NCBI GenBank assembly: GCA_013265495.1
Contig: MU058781.1
Span: 2,706,158 to 2,770,157, forward strand
Direction: 5' to 3'
DNA from: Vicugna vicugna
Taxonomy: Eukaryota
Length of the DNA stretch: 64,000 nucleotides
Below the pieces are notes generated by a model. The model ran no database searches. It saw only the letters and a list, made by a program, of their open reading frames with translations, and was not told where the DNA came from. Both the position numbers and the translations under genes were made by a program. How positions within the stretch are numbered: the first letter of the stretch is position 1; each line of letters starts with the position of its first letter. This document shows, piece by piece, positions 50,819 through 64,000 of the stretch.

Positions 50819-53440
50819 GTTTTTTTTTTTTCCTGATTCAGGTGAGACAAGTAGCAGAAGTGAGAATTGCCTGAAATTTTCCATGAGCTAGAAGAGAGTA
50901 TCTTTGAACATGTCTTATCTGGCTCTTGTAATTCGACTGAAGAAGTTTCGTCTCACTCAAAAAACTCAGACCCCTTCCTAAAAACAGAGTTTGAGGAAAA
51001 CCACTAGGAAAATCTACCACATTGCCTAGGGAAGTCACTCTATTCCTACAAAAGGTTGACTCAACAGTTGCCAGTATTTTCTTTTCAGGTCACTGCAGCT
51101 CACTAAGAAGATAGCACCCAAGGTAAATAATCAGCAGAGAAATGCCATAAATGTCTCAGAAATTGAGGTGACCTTGGAGCTAGTTCATTACTAACCTGAT
51201 ACTATATTAAAGGCCTTAAGTTGCCAAGGGCGGCAACTCATCTTCTGCCAAATCTGAGACGACAAGCACACCAAGAATCTTGTTGAACCATTTTAAATTT
51301 AATTGATGGAAACCCAGAAAGTCATACTGATTTTTCATGGATGGTGCAGAGGCTGTGTGTGCGCCAGGTGAAGGGCGATGGAGAGCCCAACTAAAGCGAT
51401 TTAGTGGGATGAAGAGAAGGGATATACAATTTACCAGTCTCACAAAAGCCAAGAATGGAAGGAGAGGGACATTACTATCTCCCCTATTTTGAGAAAACTA
51501 AGGTGCAGGAGAACTAATTGACTGCCTAAAGCCACTGAGCAACCTTGGGTTGGGAAGGTGGGGCAGAGTAATAGGACCAGAGCATCTCTGTTCCCATTGG
51601 AGGCCTCAACCTACTCAGGGACACAATCTCCCTCTTCCTGAATTCACTACAAGGGATTAATATATTATGTTTTCTTTAACTTTTCTAAGTGGAATGTGAT
51701 AGAGTCTGCAGCTTGTTTCAGGAATACATATCCTGAGGGTAACTAATTTTTGTGTTTAAGTGTTTATTTAGTTTTTCATTTTGAAAAATCGGCAGTTACC
51801 ATTGACCTTCTCCTTGGTGCTGAGGATGCCCATGGGCTGTGTGTGATGGTGACAGTTAGTGACACAACCTTTTCCACATTTCAGAACAAAAAACAGAAAT
51901 GGCCAGAAGGCACTGGGGCAGTATTTAGAGGCAGGACACATACCATCTATGAATTTGGTGACAGCGCTTGAATCAGTACTATAGTATTATTTAATCTGAT
52001 CCCTATGTGGAAAAGGAAACTTTTGGTAAGACTGTCCATCTCTCGCTCACATTTCCAAGGTCTGGAAGTCCCTGTAATGCCTAGAGCTGAGATATTCTGT
52101 GTGATGAAAGCCTCTAGAAATCTGTACAGCAAAAATATAAACTATAGAAGTAGAAGTGTGCCAACAGAAGTTTCTCTATTTGTCTTTCAGCCTTTCAGTT
52201 CTGAATCCTAGGAGAAGGGAATGGAATTCATTCAGTTGTGGGCTCCTATTTGAAGAACAGGAGTTTGATCAGGATACAATACCTCACATTGCTAGCAAAG
52301 CTGAAGATGCTGCCTTGAGAGATTGTAGCTGTCATAGCATCTCAGTCCTGGATCACACCTGGATGGTCTCACCTGACACAGGCCTCCTTCGAGAACATAC
52401 CTACAGGCCCTGTGAGGAATGGAAAGCTCAAATCTTTGGGTAACATCTTTCCTTTTTGGTTCTAATTTTAAAAGAGATCTTCCTTAATATGAGCCTCTGT
52501 CTGTATTACTCTAACTTCTTCATATTTATCCTAGTTCTCACCTATAAAGTAATATGTAAGGTCAAGCTTCTTCTCATCATTTCGTATCCTTTATAAACAG
52601 AGTTTAACTTGTAAGTTTAAGAATAAAAGACTCCTTCTCATAACAATCCTTGGATACTTAAAGATATTAAAACCTGTCATACTTAATTTTTTTTTTGCAC
52701 TTGGAATGTAAATGTTTTCTGTATTTGGTTCTAGACCCCTATGCTCAATGACCTTTATGGATTCACTTATTTATCAGGCCATCACTTATTCACACAATGC
52801 TCTGTGTATTTTCTGGACCATACAGAGTGCAGAAGGACTATTATTTTCCTGGTACCTTCAATAAAGTAGCCTCATTGTGTGTTAGCTTTTGTATTAGCAG
52901 ATTAGTCACATAGTCCTGATTTGCTTTTAGCTGAGCACCTTCTCCTGGCTGTGACTGGGGAGATGTCTGTCAAAAGATGCATGATAAATATCTTCAAATA
53001 CATGTTAAAGCTGTCTTAAGAGAGAGGAGAACTATACCAAATAGTAGATGCTGTAAAGAGGCAGATAACGATAAAGAGATACAGACAAAGAACTAGAGTT
53101 CAAATGAGGTAGTGGATTGTCTTGTGGGGTTGCAAGCTTCCCTTCACTGGAACTTCTTCTAATGTTCAGAGGGAATTCCTGCCACCAGCAGCATGAACTA
53201 CAAGATTTGATTCAATTCTTGTCCGTGATTTTAGTGGTTTCTGTGCCTTTAGACTTCTCCACTTTGTTTCCAATTATTTGGTTTTGTTTCCAATAAGCCG
53301 TTCTCCCTGCTGCATTGCTCAATGAAGTCAGCAGGGCACTCTGCCCCATGGAGCCGTCCATGCATGGCCTTTGCAGAGTTGTACCATTTGCTCAGTTCCA
53401 GGCTTGGCTATAAGAGCTTCAGATGCATTTAATCTTGCTA

Positions 53441-54108
53441 TTCTTCTAATAGTTTTTGCTCTTACATTTAGGTCTTTGATCTATTTTGAGTTAATTTTTG
53501 TATATGGTGTAAGGTAAGGGTCCAATTCCATTCTTTTCCATGTGGATATCCAGTTTTCCCAACACCAGTTGTTGAAGAGGTTATCCTTTCCCCATCGAAT
53601 AGTCTTGGCACCCTTGTCAAAAATCATTTGTCCCTATATTCCAGGGTTTATTTCTAGGTTTTCTACTCAATTGCATTGGTCTAAATGTCTGTCTTTATGC
53701 CACTAACACATTGTTTTGATTGCTATAGTTTTATACTAAGTTTTGAAATCAGAAATATGAGATCTCCAACTTTGTTCTCCTGTTCTTAAAATTGTTTCAA
53801 TTTTTTTTGGCTGTTTGGGGTCCCTTAAAAGGCCATATAAATTTTAGGATGAATTTTTCTATTTCTGCAAAAAATGTCCCTCACATTTTGATAAGAATTG
53901 CCTTGAGTCTATAGGTCACTCTGGGTAGTACTGACATTTTAACAATATTGTCTTCCAATCCATGAACACAGGATGTCTTTTCATTTATTTCTGTCTTTAA
54001 TTTCTTTCAGCAATATTTTGTACTTTTCAGTGTACAAGTCTTTGCCTCCTTAAGTTTATTCTTATGGATTTTATTCTTTTTGATGCTATTGGAAATGGAG
54101 TTGTTTTC
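53441..54108 (-). mobile_element. internal L1 ORF2 fragment (L1MA/MB-like) without 3' UTR or poly(A)
   Basis: acatttaggtctttgatctattttgagttaatttttgtatatggtgtaaggtaagggtccaa...; flanked by TA[A/G]TCTTGCTA at 53430-53440 and 54109-54119. Confidence 0.85.
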
Positions 54109-54124
54109 TAGTCTTGCTACTGAT

Positions 54125-54270
54125 ATCTCAGTTTATAGATGAGGATACTGAGAAACAGACATTAAGTAACTCTCCATTAGCAGTGGCAGTAGTAGTCTGA
54201 TGCTATCACCAACCTGTGAAGTCAGGATTTGAACTCGGGAAGCATGACTCCAGAATTGTGTTCTTAAATC
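54125..54270 (-). mobile_element. MIR SINE
   Basis: cagtttatagatgaggatactgaga...aggatttgaactcgggaagcatgactccaga. Confidence 0.7.
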
Positions 54271-55409
54271 TCCTACTGCATTGTCACTCTAGGACGTGGA
54301 CTAGCCCCTCTAGGGCCTTCAGGATGGTGAAGGATTCTAGCTGATTTACAGTGGAAAATCAAGATTTCTGTGGTTTCTGACCACCCCTCCTTGTCCCTGC
54401 AAACTACTTCTTTCCAAGAATTCATTATGAAAGGGAGACAAATTGTAAACAACAGACCTTCAGCTTTCAAACTTTAGAAGCTTGATGAAGATTTATAGTC
54501 CATTCTCTTTAGAGTGCCCCTTTTCCTTCCTTTCTTAACTAGACTGTGAATCACTCTTCTCTACTTTTGTTTTTTTATTTTTTTACATTTCACTCCAATT
54601 TCCCAGAATAATTTCAATAAATGATTAGAAACTGGTTTGGACGCACAGCAATAAATTTTTTTTTAAACTGAACTTTGTAATAGCGACTTCTGCATTTTCC
54701 TTTATGGATATGTCTGGACTGTAAAAGGAGCTCTTTGTATAACCAACCTCAATAAACCAATGCGCCAGACAGAGGCTTCATTTATCTCTGGCCCAGTAAC
54801 ACTAACCTACTTCAGGTGTCCAACATGTGTTAGTATGACAATCTCCCTCAAGAGCCCAGGTATCAAAGACTTGAAAATGCACATGGAAATACCCTAGTGC
54901 TTCACCTGTTTTATTAGGGCAGGATGCAAATAACTCAAAGGGGAATCCCCAAATGAGAGTACTGAAAAACTATCTATTCTGTAACACCCTCTGTGCATCA
55001 AATGAGGAAATAGTGGAGGAAAAGAGGAGTGGTTTTGCATTCCTTTCTCTCTGTCTATGCAATTAACCACCAAATTCTACTCATCCTTATTCCTAAATAT
55101 CCTTCAAGTCCATTCTCTGTCTCCACTGCCACCAACTCCATTCAAACTACCATTATCATTTGCCTAAATTACTACTGCAGTTTGCTGACTGAACCCTGTC
55201 TCCCAGTCTACCCCTAGGGTGATCCTCCCGAATAAAAATCTCATCAATAGATTCTCTCACCTGAAAAGCCTTGATCTTGAGTCACATCATTTCCCCTTTC
55301 TCTCCCTTCCCTCCATCATATTTCTTTTTCTCTTTTCCTCTGGCTAGATTTACTTTTAAGACATGTTTTTAGGACATTCACTTTCTGGAGCACTAACCCT
55401 CCTTTTCTC

Positions 55410-55680
55410 GTATATCAAAGTCCACTCTGGAAAATGAAAACCACTGCAGTCTCATACAGAAAGAAATTTAATACAGAGAATTGGTCACATAGATGATGGA
55501 AGAACTGAGAAAGCAAGCAGAGGAGGTGACACAACTCAGAAATTGCCAAAAACAAGAAATAATTACCATCCTTATGCCTGGAGGGATTGAAGGAGGAGGT
55601 TGGTTCCTTGATTCCAGAAACCAGCAAGATGCTAACATAAGAGCAGAAAACCTTTACTGATGTTGCCATAGTATCCACCT
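55410..55680 (-). mobile_element. old ERVL-type LTR fragment (LTR33/40/41 group)
   Basis: gaaaaccact...aatttaatacagagaattggtcacatagatgatggaagaactgag. Confidence 0.55.
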
Positions 55681-55829
55681 AGGGCCCTCTCATCAAACGT
55701 ATTACTTTTTATTATAGATGCTCACTTAATTATTGCTTTCTAAGCTGATCTGTAAGGTCTGTCAGAACACCCATGGTCCCAATCACATTCTGTTATAATA
55801 TTTGTTGAATGAGAAAATGATCTTGGTAA

Positions 55830-56620
55830 TTTCCACTCACTGAAGTTGTACCAGTTTACACTCACTAATGCAGTAAAAGTGCTTATTTCTTGACATCTTC
55901 AACAGATTGTGCTGAGTAAACTAGAAGATTTTTGTACACTTGAAAGTTGAAAATAGTAAGTCAATGAAGCATATATTTGCATTCCTTTTACTGCAAGTGA
56001 AGATGAGCATTTTTCATATGTTTAAGAACCTGCAGTGACTATTTACATCTTTTGTCCACTTTTCCGTTTGGTTCTTGGTCTTTGTTGTATTGATTTATGG
56101 GAGGTTTTAATAAAATATCAAGAGAATTAGCCCTATGCTTCATGTAAGTTATGAATACTGTGTCTTAATTTAGCACATTTTGAGACTTAGCTCATTGTTT
56201 CACCAGGCAAAAATTTCCAAATTTGTGAATATTTTATTTTATGGTTTCTAATTCAATATGGATTTTGATGTATACTTAGGTCTTCTTTACTCTAAGGACT
56301 ATATATTTTAAATCTCTTGTTTTCTTTTAGTAGTCTATAGTCTTACTTTTCTTTTATTTTTATGTTTAAATCTGTGATCAGCTTGGGATTTATTTTGATA
56401 TAAAGTAAAAGGCATGGATAAAACTTTACTTTTACCAAGTACCTCTAGTTGTTCCAACATCATTACTTAATAATATGTATTTTTTTCTTATGAATTTAAA
56501 ATGCTAATTTTATCATGTACTAAAGGTAGATTTCTTTGGGTTTATTTCTAGACTTTCTACTGTGTTCTACTGATTTATCTATTGATGCAGCAGTTACATA
56601 ATGATTTAATACTTATAATG
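55830..56620 (-). mobile_element. old L1 (L1ME-like) fragment
   Basis: gttgtaccagtttacactc...tttgcattccttttactgcaagtgaagatgagcatttttcatatgttt...agttgttccaacatcatt. Confidence 0.7.
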
Positions 56621-56769
56621 TTGAATTTTGGTTGCAGTATTCAGATGGTCTGGTTCAATACCTACTGAAAATGTGTAACAAATAATGAATCAGAAATAAT
56701 GGCAGTGACAAAATTTCCTGTTAATGATTCTAAACTAAATCATGAAGAGATACATAAAATTAAATAAAT

Positions 56770-59452
56770 AGGATTTCTGCTTTCAGGTTGGATATAGGTT
56801 AATGCTTTCACTGCAACAAAAATCTGGATAAATTATAAAAACATTCTATTTTTAAAGATACTAGGTAACTACAGAGGCAAGGAGGATTGGATGAACTAAT
56901 TCCCAGTAAGGGGAAAATGTTTCTATGGACAATGTTATTTAGACATTTTTTTTAAATCTTAGAGACATTTGTTAGTTATGGGTATAGGTTAAGAATTGGA
57001 CTTACTCAGGCAAAAAGATTCTGTTGGGTGAAAGAAAATCAACAAAACTGTAGCAGTCATGCAGAGCTGATGTGACAGATTGGAAACTTACAGGGACATA
57101 AATGCACCTCTGGATTTCCCCATGGGACATTTCCTGGGTTCCAGTGCTATGCGGAAGACTGGTGAACCAACGGAAGATTTGTAAAGGCAGAGTAAAATTT
57201 CTCACAGTCTTCTTGTACTTGGGAACAAAGAACTGCTGGGATAGCAGGTGACTTCACTACACAGACATAGGGCCCCTCAAGATCTCTGCCGTATTTTAAA
57301 GACACATGGGGCATGAGGCTGGAACCTAATGCAAAGCAGATTTGGATCTCTTAAGCTTCCAGTACTGAGGAGACAGATTCTTCAGGCTTTCAGTCAAAAG
57401 GTCAGAGGTTCATCTCCTAGGAGCAGAGGTGAACCAGAGAGGAGATGATTCTCACTACACTGCAACCCAGCAGTGACTCAGCTCAGTATCTGACTGAATT
57501 GATTTGATCAGAGCCTTACTTTATCTGCCTAACAGAGGAAAAGGGGAATACTCTCTATTGTAAGACTATCTTCTAGAGTGGCTAGAGTTCATTAGTATAG
57601 AATATCTAGAAAAATGTCAAAAATCACTAATCATGCAGAAAAATAATACTGACTGATAAACAGCAGAAAAATAATACAATAGATGTAGACCCACAGATGA
57701 TTAATATATTGGAGTTAGCAGACAGGGTTTTAGTAAAACTATAATTACTATGCTAAAGAAAATAGAATAGAAAGGACAAAGTCAATGAAAGTATGAATAA
57801 TTTTAACAGACAAATCAAATCTACAAAAAGGAATTAAGTGGATATTTTAAAAACAACAAACTTAAATTCTAAACAGGATAAACAAAAAACTTAACCAGAC
57901 AAATTATAGTCAAACTGCTTAAAATCAAAATCTTTAAACCTTAAAAACAGCCAGAGGAAAAATAAGCCTATTACTTTTCCAGGAACAATAGTAACACTGA
58001 GGGCTAAATCTCAACAGAAGTGATGAAAGTCAGAAGGTAATCGAATACTATTTTTGAAAGGTTTAAAGAAAAACAACAGCCAATTTATATTCAGAAAGAA
58101 TATGGAATTTGTATAAGGGAAAAACTTCCTTCTGAAATTAAGGTGAAATACACATGTTTTCAGGCAGAGAGTTAAAGAATTGGTTAAAAACAGGCTGTAC
58201 TGAAGAAAAAGCTAAAGATCACAGAGTCCATTCCTTCAGACCTAAAAAAAAGTGATTCCAGATGGAAATGTTGAAATGTTCGACAAAATAAAGAATAATA
58301 TAATAGGAAAATATATGGAAATGTAAACAAATGCTGACTATACAAAACAAAAATTTTAATGTCTGGTGGAGTGTAAATTATATGCAGAACTAAAAATGCA
58401 TGGCAGTGATAATGCAACAGTGACTGTGAGTAAATGGAGGTTTCTATCAGTATTAGGAAAGTGGTAAAAGGCATCATTTATATTAGTACTATTACAAGTC
58501 AAGGATGCCTGTAATAATCACTAAGAGAATAATAAAGTAATTTAAAACTAAAAAATTAATAGAAGAAAAACTGAGTAGCAAAAATCAGTTATCTCAAAAG
58601 AAAGGAAGAAAGGAAGAAAAAAGGAGAAACATTAATAGGACAAATGGAAAACAAATTAAAAGGTAGTCAATATAAACTGAAACTTAATAATTAAGTAAAA
58701 TATAAATGAAATAAATACTCACAGTAAAGGAATAATATTACTAGACTCAGTAAACAAAGAAAAATTCTATAATGCTTACAAAAATATAAAATTTAAAAAT
58801 AAAAGGATAGAAGAAGATACACTATGCAAAACTAAATCAAAAGAAACCTGGTAAATTTATACTAATATCAGACAAAATACATTTTAAGACAAGAAATATG
58901 ACTAAACATATAAAGACATTTCACCATGAAAAAGTGGTAAATCTGGCAGGATGAAATCACAACCCTGAATATATGCATATCAAAAACAAACTCCAAAATA
59001 TATAGAGCAAAAATAGGCAAAATTAAAAGGTGAAATAGATGAATCCAAATTATAGTGGACATATTAAGACCTTTTCTCAACACCATAATAAAAGCAAGTA
59101 AAAAAATCAGTAAAGGTATAGATTATGTGAATACAACATTAAATAAATTGATTTAGTTGACAGAGAATATTGCATCCAAAAATGATAAAATTAACCTTTT
59201 TAAGGGCACACAGAATATTTTCTAAACCTGGCCATATGTTAGGCCATAAAGAAAGCATTAATAAATTTCAAAAAATTGAAATTTTTGAGAATGTGTCCTT
59301 TACCATGATGCAGTTAAACTAGAGATCAATAACAAAAGGATAAAGAGAGAAGTCCAACTGCATGGAAATTAAACATATCCTAAATGATCCATGGGTCAAA
59401 GAAGAGATCAAAGTGGAAACTATAAAATATGTTGAACAAATGTTAACAAAAA
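56770..59452 (+). mobile_element. decayed old L1: 5' region, ORF1 and ORF2 endonuclease remnants
   Basis: A-rich; gacccacagatgattaatatattggagttagcagac (ORF1 start region), atactaatatcagacaaaata and taaatgatccatgggtcaaagaaga (ORF2 EN region). Confidence 0.8.
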
Positions 59453-59771
59453 CACATAGAAAGGAAGAGTAGAATGGTAGTTACCAGAGACCAGGAGGTA
59501 GGGGAAATGGGGGGATGTTGATCAAAGGTATGAAGTGGCAGTTATGATGTAAGGCAGGATGAGTAAGTCTAGAGAGCTAATGCACAGCATGATTGATTAT
59601 GTTTAATGATATTGTACTGAATACTGGAAATTTACTGAGAGAGTAGGTTTCAGATGCTCTCATCACACACAAAAAAGGATACCTATGTTAACTACCTTGA
59701 TTGTAGTAATTATTTCACTATGTACATGTGTATCAAATCATGTTGCACACCTTAAATATATACAATTTTTA
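59452..59771 (+). mobile_element. L1MA-type 3' end
   Basis: gagtagaatggtagttaccagag...ggggaaatgggggatgttgatcaaagg...tgtatcaaatcatgttgcacaccttaaatatatacaattttta. Confidence 0.85.
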
Positions 59772-60083
59772 TTAACAAAATAAATTCTGTTTTATATGCA
59801 AAAATACCTCAAACAAGACAAGACAAGCCGTTAATCAGTATCCTTATCCTCCTCCCTAAAGATGTGAAGGCTCTGAGCATGCTCGAACTTTTTCCCAATT
59901 TATTCTCTTTTCATGATAGTGATGCATAGTTTTAGGTTCAATGCGTTTTAAACACAAAAGAAAAAATATTGTCAATATTATTTAAGTTTCTATTCAACAT
60001 TTCCTTATACTTGCCATGATTTTATACCACTTTGTTGCTCTTGGAGCTTACTACTTCCTTTAGTGTTCACTTTTTTTTTTTTT

Positions 60084-60136
60084 NNNNNNNNNNNNNNNNN
60101 NNNNNNNNNNNNNNNNNNNNNNNNNNNNNNNNNNNN
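60084..60136. other. assembly gap (53 N)
   Basis: Run of n; flanked by near-identical about 140-bp copies. Confidence 1.
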
Positions 60137-60329
60137 CAATGCGTTTTAAAAAGAAAAAATATTGTCAATATTATTTAAGTTTCTATTCAACATTTCCTTA
60201 TACTTGCCATGATTTTATACCACTTTGTTGCTCTTGGAGCTTACTACTTCCTTTAGTTTAGTGTTTTTTTTTTTTGCTCAAAAGTGCATATTTTAATGTT
60301 CTTTTGATGAGAAAGGGTCAAACCTCCCT

Positions 60330-62158
60330 TAGTCACTGTAACATTGTAACTGCTATTTTACTGCTTTTCCTTGGGCTACGTCAATTCTGCTGTCATAAGG
60401 GCTGATATGCCCCAAAACATCATGCCTTGTACAGACATGTGGTGCCATTATGCTTATTGGACCTGGCTGGCAGGAACAGCAAGAGCCCTAGGTAACTAAG
60501 TGAAATGGAAGAGTGCCCAAAGTTAAGAAACAATAACTATAAAGTATCAGGGGCCTGAAATATTGTTGAGGTTTCTAGGGGTCCAATTCTTTGGGGAATT
60601 TGGGGTAGCCCCTCTAAAGTGAGACAACTTGCCAAGCCTCGCACTAATGGAAAAGGCACATGATAGATAGTTTTCTTTGAATTTTAAAGGCAACATATAT
60701 TACATTTAGGCATGCTGCTCCAACTCATTTATCACACATTCCGCAAGAATGCTGAGTTGGAATGGACCCAAAAGAAAAGAAGGCGCTGAAGATTTATGCT
60801 GTATTGCAAACTATCCTGGTGCTTATCACATGTTCCACCAGATCCACAGCATTAGGAATATCTGTGGTTCTTGGGTGTCTCTGGAAAACCTCAAGAAGAG
60901 ATTCACAGAACAAGTTCTAGGTTTTGGAGTAAGGATATGTCCTCTTCTGCCAACAATTCTCCATTTGAAAAGCAGCTCCAGGCTATGCCTGATCATGGGA
61001 GATGAAGTGATTTTGCAACTCTATTAATGTCCTGGGTATTACTGGATCCACTGAGTTGTAGCATTCCATGCCCATTGTATTGAGATGAAATATACAAAAC
61101 TGGACCTGAATAGTCCAGAAAGTACAAGTACACTGTATGGACAGGAAACTCAGACTGCTGTGGTACTCACTCCTACTGCTTTGTAATTTCTGCCTTGAGC
61201 CCTACCTATAGACACACGGAAGTTTCTTAGGATCAGCCGGAGGAGGAAATAATGTGAACCTGGTTTACAGATTTTATCTGTACAGCATCAAATTACAGTC
61301 AAATACGGGGCTGTCCCTGAATGAAAGTGACAAGGGCCCTCCCAGAGGGCCTAACTTCATACACTCCATGTAGTTGTCCAGTTCATGTGGATGGAGGGAT
61401 GGCCTGGTATGGATTTGTTTTCATTCATGACAGGTTGCTGATGAATTGATCTGCTGGACAGGGACTTGGAAAATTGAGATATTTGTGCAAGAAGTTCTGG
61501 GGGAAGTAGTAGGTGGGTGAACTTTTAGAATGAGTATGTAGATATTGGTATCCTAAATAAATGTCCAGTCGCCATTTCAGAGACTTCAATAATCAGGCAG
61601 TCAAGGCAAGTCACCTTGTGGATCTCAGTCAGCCTCATTCTCCCATCACCCTGCATCACTGCACAATGAGGGCATGAAGGGCTATGCCTGGGACTTAATG
61701 GATTCATCAGAATACCTCTGAGTACCTCTCTTGTCAGTAGGTCAAGTAAAAGGAAAACTCTGGCAACCCAATAAACATAGGATGACTAAGCATTCATATC
61801 TCAGAAAAATTAAGGTTTAGTTACATCCTTATAGGGAACCGTGTCTGGCCATGTTGAACTAAGGGAACATGGGATGGGTCATAGAAGAAGGCAGGTATCT
61901 TTGTCAGCTTGGTCTCATATCTGCTACAAAAGTAGAATGATGTTTTATACTAATTGATTCTTCCAACCCCACTGCTATCTTATACCTTATATGAAGAGTA
62001 TTGACCTGACAAATGTTTTAAGTTTCCAACGAGATGATGACTGAATTTATCCAAAGAGGATACAGCAACTGCTAGAATTATGTGTGTCTCTTATGTTGGG
62101 ATCGCAGTATTTTCCATCCAAAGGGCAAGAGCAGATGCCAAGGGGCAAAGAAGAGGAC
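60330..62158 (+). pseudogene. pol: decayed ERVL (class III) internal region with RT and RNase H remnants
   Basis: Degenerate traces of LPQGYVNS (ccttgggctacgtcaattct), IMLIGP (attatgcttattggacct), QGP..VKFLGVQ (caggggcct...gttgaggtttctaggggtccaa), WFTD (tggtttacagat) and WxGTWK (tggacagggacttggaaa); purine tract before the LTR. Confidence 0.8.
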
Positions 62159-62600
62159 TGAATATTTTATTTTGCCCATTGAATCCAATCTCCACCCTTC
62201 CACATCTTACTCTGCCGAGAAAGGCTTACTTTTATGGACTATATTAATGGTCCCACCAGCTGCCTTCTTGTTGGGTTTGGCCAATAGAAGGCCCCAGCAG
62301 GAGTCCAGAGGGCAAGAAGAGAGAGTGAAGGGAGGGTATTTATTCCCCTAGCTTCCATTCTGGAGGTAGGATGCATTGCTCTACTTAAGGATCTAGTTCC
62401 TATTAGAGGACCCTCTGGCTTCTGGTCACTACTCCTTGCCTCCTTCAGGTCTTGCGGTGGTAATGGATCCTGCCCTTGCCCTGGGGTAATTTACTACCCC
62501 TAAACCCTTCACACAACTTTTGTAATTAGGCTTTCGACTAAATTCTTTTAATTACTCATTAGAGTTTGGCATGTTTTCTTTAAGGACCCTGCTTGATATA
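62159..62600 (+). mobile_element. 3' LTR, LTR33-like (ERVL)
   Basis: Follows purine tract ggggcaaagaagaggac; contains gttgggtttggccaatagaaggccccagcaggag...gggtatttattcccctagc; ends ggaccctgcttgatata. Confidence 0.75.
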
Positions 62601-62629
62601 CTAACATTTTATATCTTCTCTCAAAACGC

Positions 62630-64000
62630 TTCTTATTAATGTCTTCCAAATCTTGACATATGACAGACCCAGCTACTCAGGCCAGATATCTAGGTGACAT
62701 CCTGGTGTATTCTTTTCCTTTCAGTCCTCAGACATTATTCACAACCAATTCTCCCTCTTTAACATCTCTTTTTACTTACTGTGCCCACTACTATGGCCTT
62801 GACATTTGCAGCAGTTTGCTCACATAATTCCCTCTTCAGTTCTATGCTCACCATCCTACAAAGTTGCGGTTCAGACATGCAAAACTGAGCACATCTCATC
62901 ATTTCTTAAAGCCATTTGATGTAACTTTCTCATCCATAGGTCTAAGTCCAAAGTCTTGAGAATGACACGGACAATTCTCCAAGCTCTAGATCTGCCTGTC
63001 CCTCTCCTCTTTTCCTTACACAGAATGCTTCACAATCCTGAATTGGTTGACATTCAGAGAACTGGCCAGGCTAGCTCGTGTCATCCTGCCTTTGTACATG
63101 CAGTTTGCTCTTCTCAGAAAGCCCTTCTTCAACTTTTCTATGTATCCTTTCCTGACTTACTTGAAAATCATGTCAAATTTATGTCACTATTTATGTTCAT
63201 TCCCTCAATAAATATCTATGAACACTTACTCTATATCACACACTATTCTATCATTGAAGATATCATACTGAACAAAACAGGCATGGTCCCTGCTATCTCG
63301 GATTTTGAGATAAAGTAGAGAGACAAAGACAATAAATAAAAACAGTTAAATATACAGCATGGAAGTTTATGATTAAGGCTAGGGAATAACATGAAGCAAA
63401 TGAAGGAGGTGGGGGATTCCTGGGAGAGGATGCTGTTATATATAGGGTAGTCAGCGTTAAGTGTCACTGACAGGGTGACATTTGAGGAGAGATCTGAATG
63501 AAGTAAAGGACCAAGACGTGTGGGTAACTGAGAGCACAGCATGCTAGGCAGGGAGCCAACGATTTCAAAAGCCCAGGGGTTAAGCATGCACTTGACACCT
63601 TAAAGGAAAAGCAAGGTGGCCAGCGTGGTGGGGAAAATGTGACTGTTGTAGAGAATCATAGAAAATGAGATCAGAGATAAAGGAAACTTGGAAGAAACTT
63701 GGATTTAACTCAGGGAATGATGGGGAGCCTTTGGGGGTTTTGAGTGAAACACTAAAGTGATCTGATTTATGTTTTAAAAGGCTCATTCTGGCTCTGTGCT
63801 GAGAGTGGCCTGTAACTCAGCTAGGGGAGAAACAGAGAAGCCAGATAGGAGGGTGTTCTGCTAATCCTGAATAAGATGGCGGTGATGTCTACCAGAGTTC
63901 TCGCAGCGGAGGTGGTGCGACGTGCTGAAATTTGGGATGTATTCTGATAGTAGAGTCAGCAAATGGATATACTGAAGGATTTGCTGTGAGGGAGGGAGAG
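62630..64000. mobile_element. L2 fragments: plus strand about 62630-63170, minus strand about 63190-64000
   Basis: gggtctaagtccaaagtcttg...cctttgtacatgcagtttgctc; then caataaatatctatgaacacttactc...tgaacaaaacaggcatggtccctgct...ggtgacatttgaggagagatctgaatgaag...gatctgatttatgttttaaaaggctcattctggct. Confidence 0.85.

Noticed and set aside
51089..51122. 34-nt exon-like segment (ttttcag|...AAG|GTAAAT)
   Set aside because: Isolated splice-like signals are expected by chance at this scale; no linked reading frame.
1..64000. CRISPR arrays, operons or other prokaryotic-type systems; AP-1 site enrichment
   Set aside because: The sequence is mammalian with no repeat-spacer array; the scattered TGA(G/C)TCA sites are not clearly above chance expectation.

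Overview
Mammalian, repeat-rich, apparently non-coding DNA (intergenic or a large intron). It is most likely camelid (alpaca/llama/camel), judged from the tRNA-derived Vic-1-type SINEs and the artiodactyl-type L1 3' ends. I could not recognise any host protein-coding exon, RNA gene or CRISPR-like system. Most ORF-track entries look like chance ORFs; the exceptions are retroelement remnants. The main structured element is a 5.2 kb two-LTR class I (ERV1) provirus on the minus strand (15339-20510). It has a GTCT target-site duplication, a polypurine tract, a degenerate PBS, gag-matrix and env-TM remnants, and no detectable pol. Other elements are an LTR-less ERV1 internal fragment ending at a tRNA-His PBS (about 3494-5496) and a decayed ERVL pol region with its 3' LTR (about 60330-62600). 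There are several L1 insertions with informative junctions (a young copy with a perfect 18-bp TSD, a twin-primed inversion, a candidate 3' transduction, a tail-less internal fragment), plus many old MIR, L2, MER and MLT repeats. A 53-N gap is flanked by a probable false duplication. Repeat-poor blocks at about 28-31.7 kb and 33.3-37 kb carry motif clusters suggesting enhancers, and a palindromic double-DR2/IR1 nuclear-receptor-like element sits at 27752-27780. I found no convincing wholly new biological system. Repeat family names come from recalled consensus sequences, and old-repeat boundaries are approximate.
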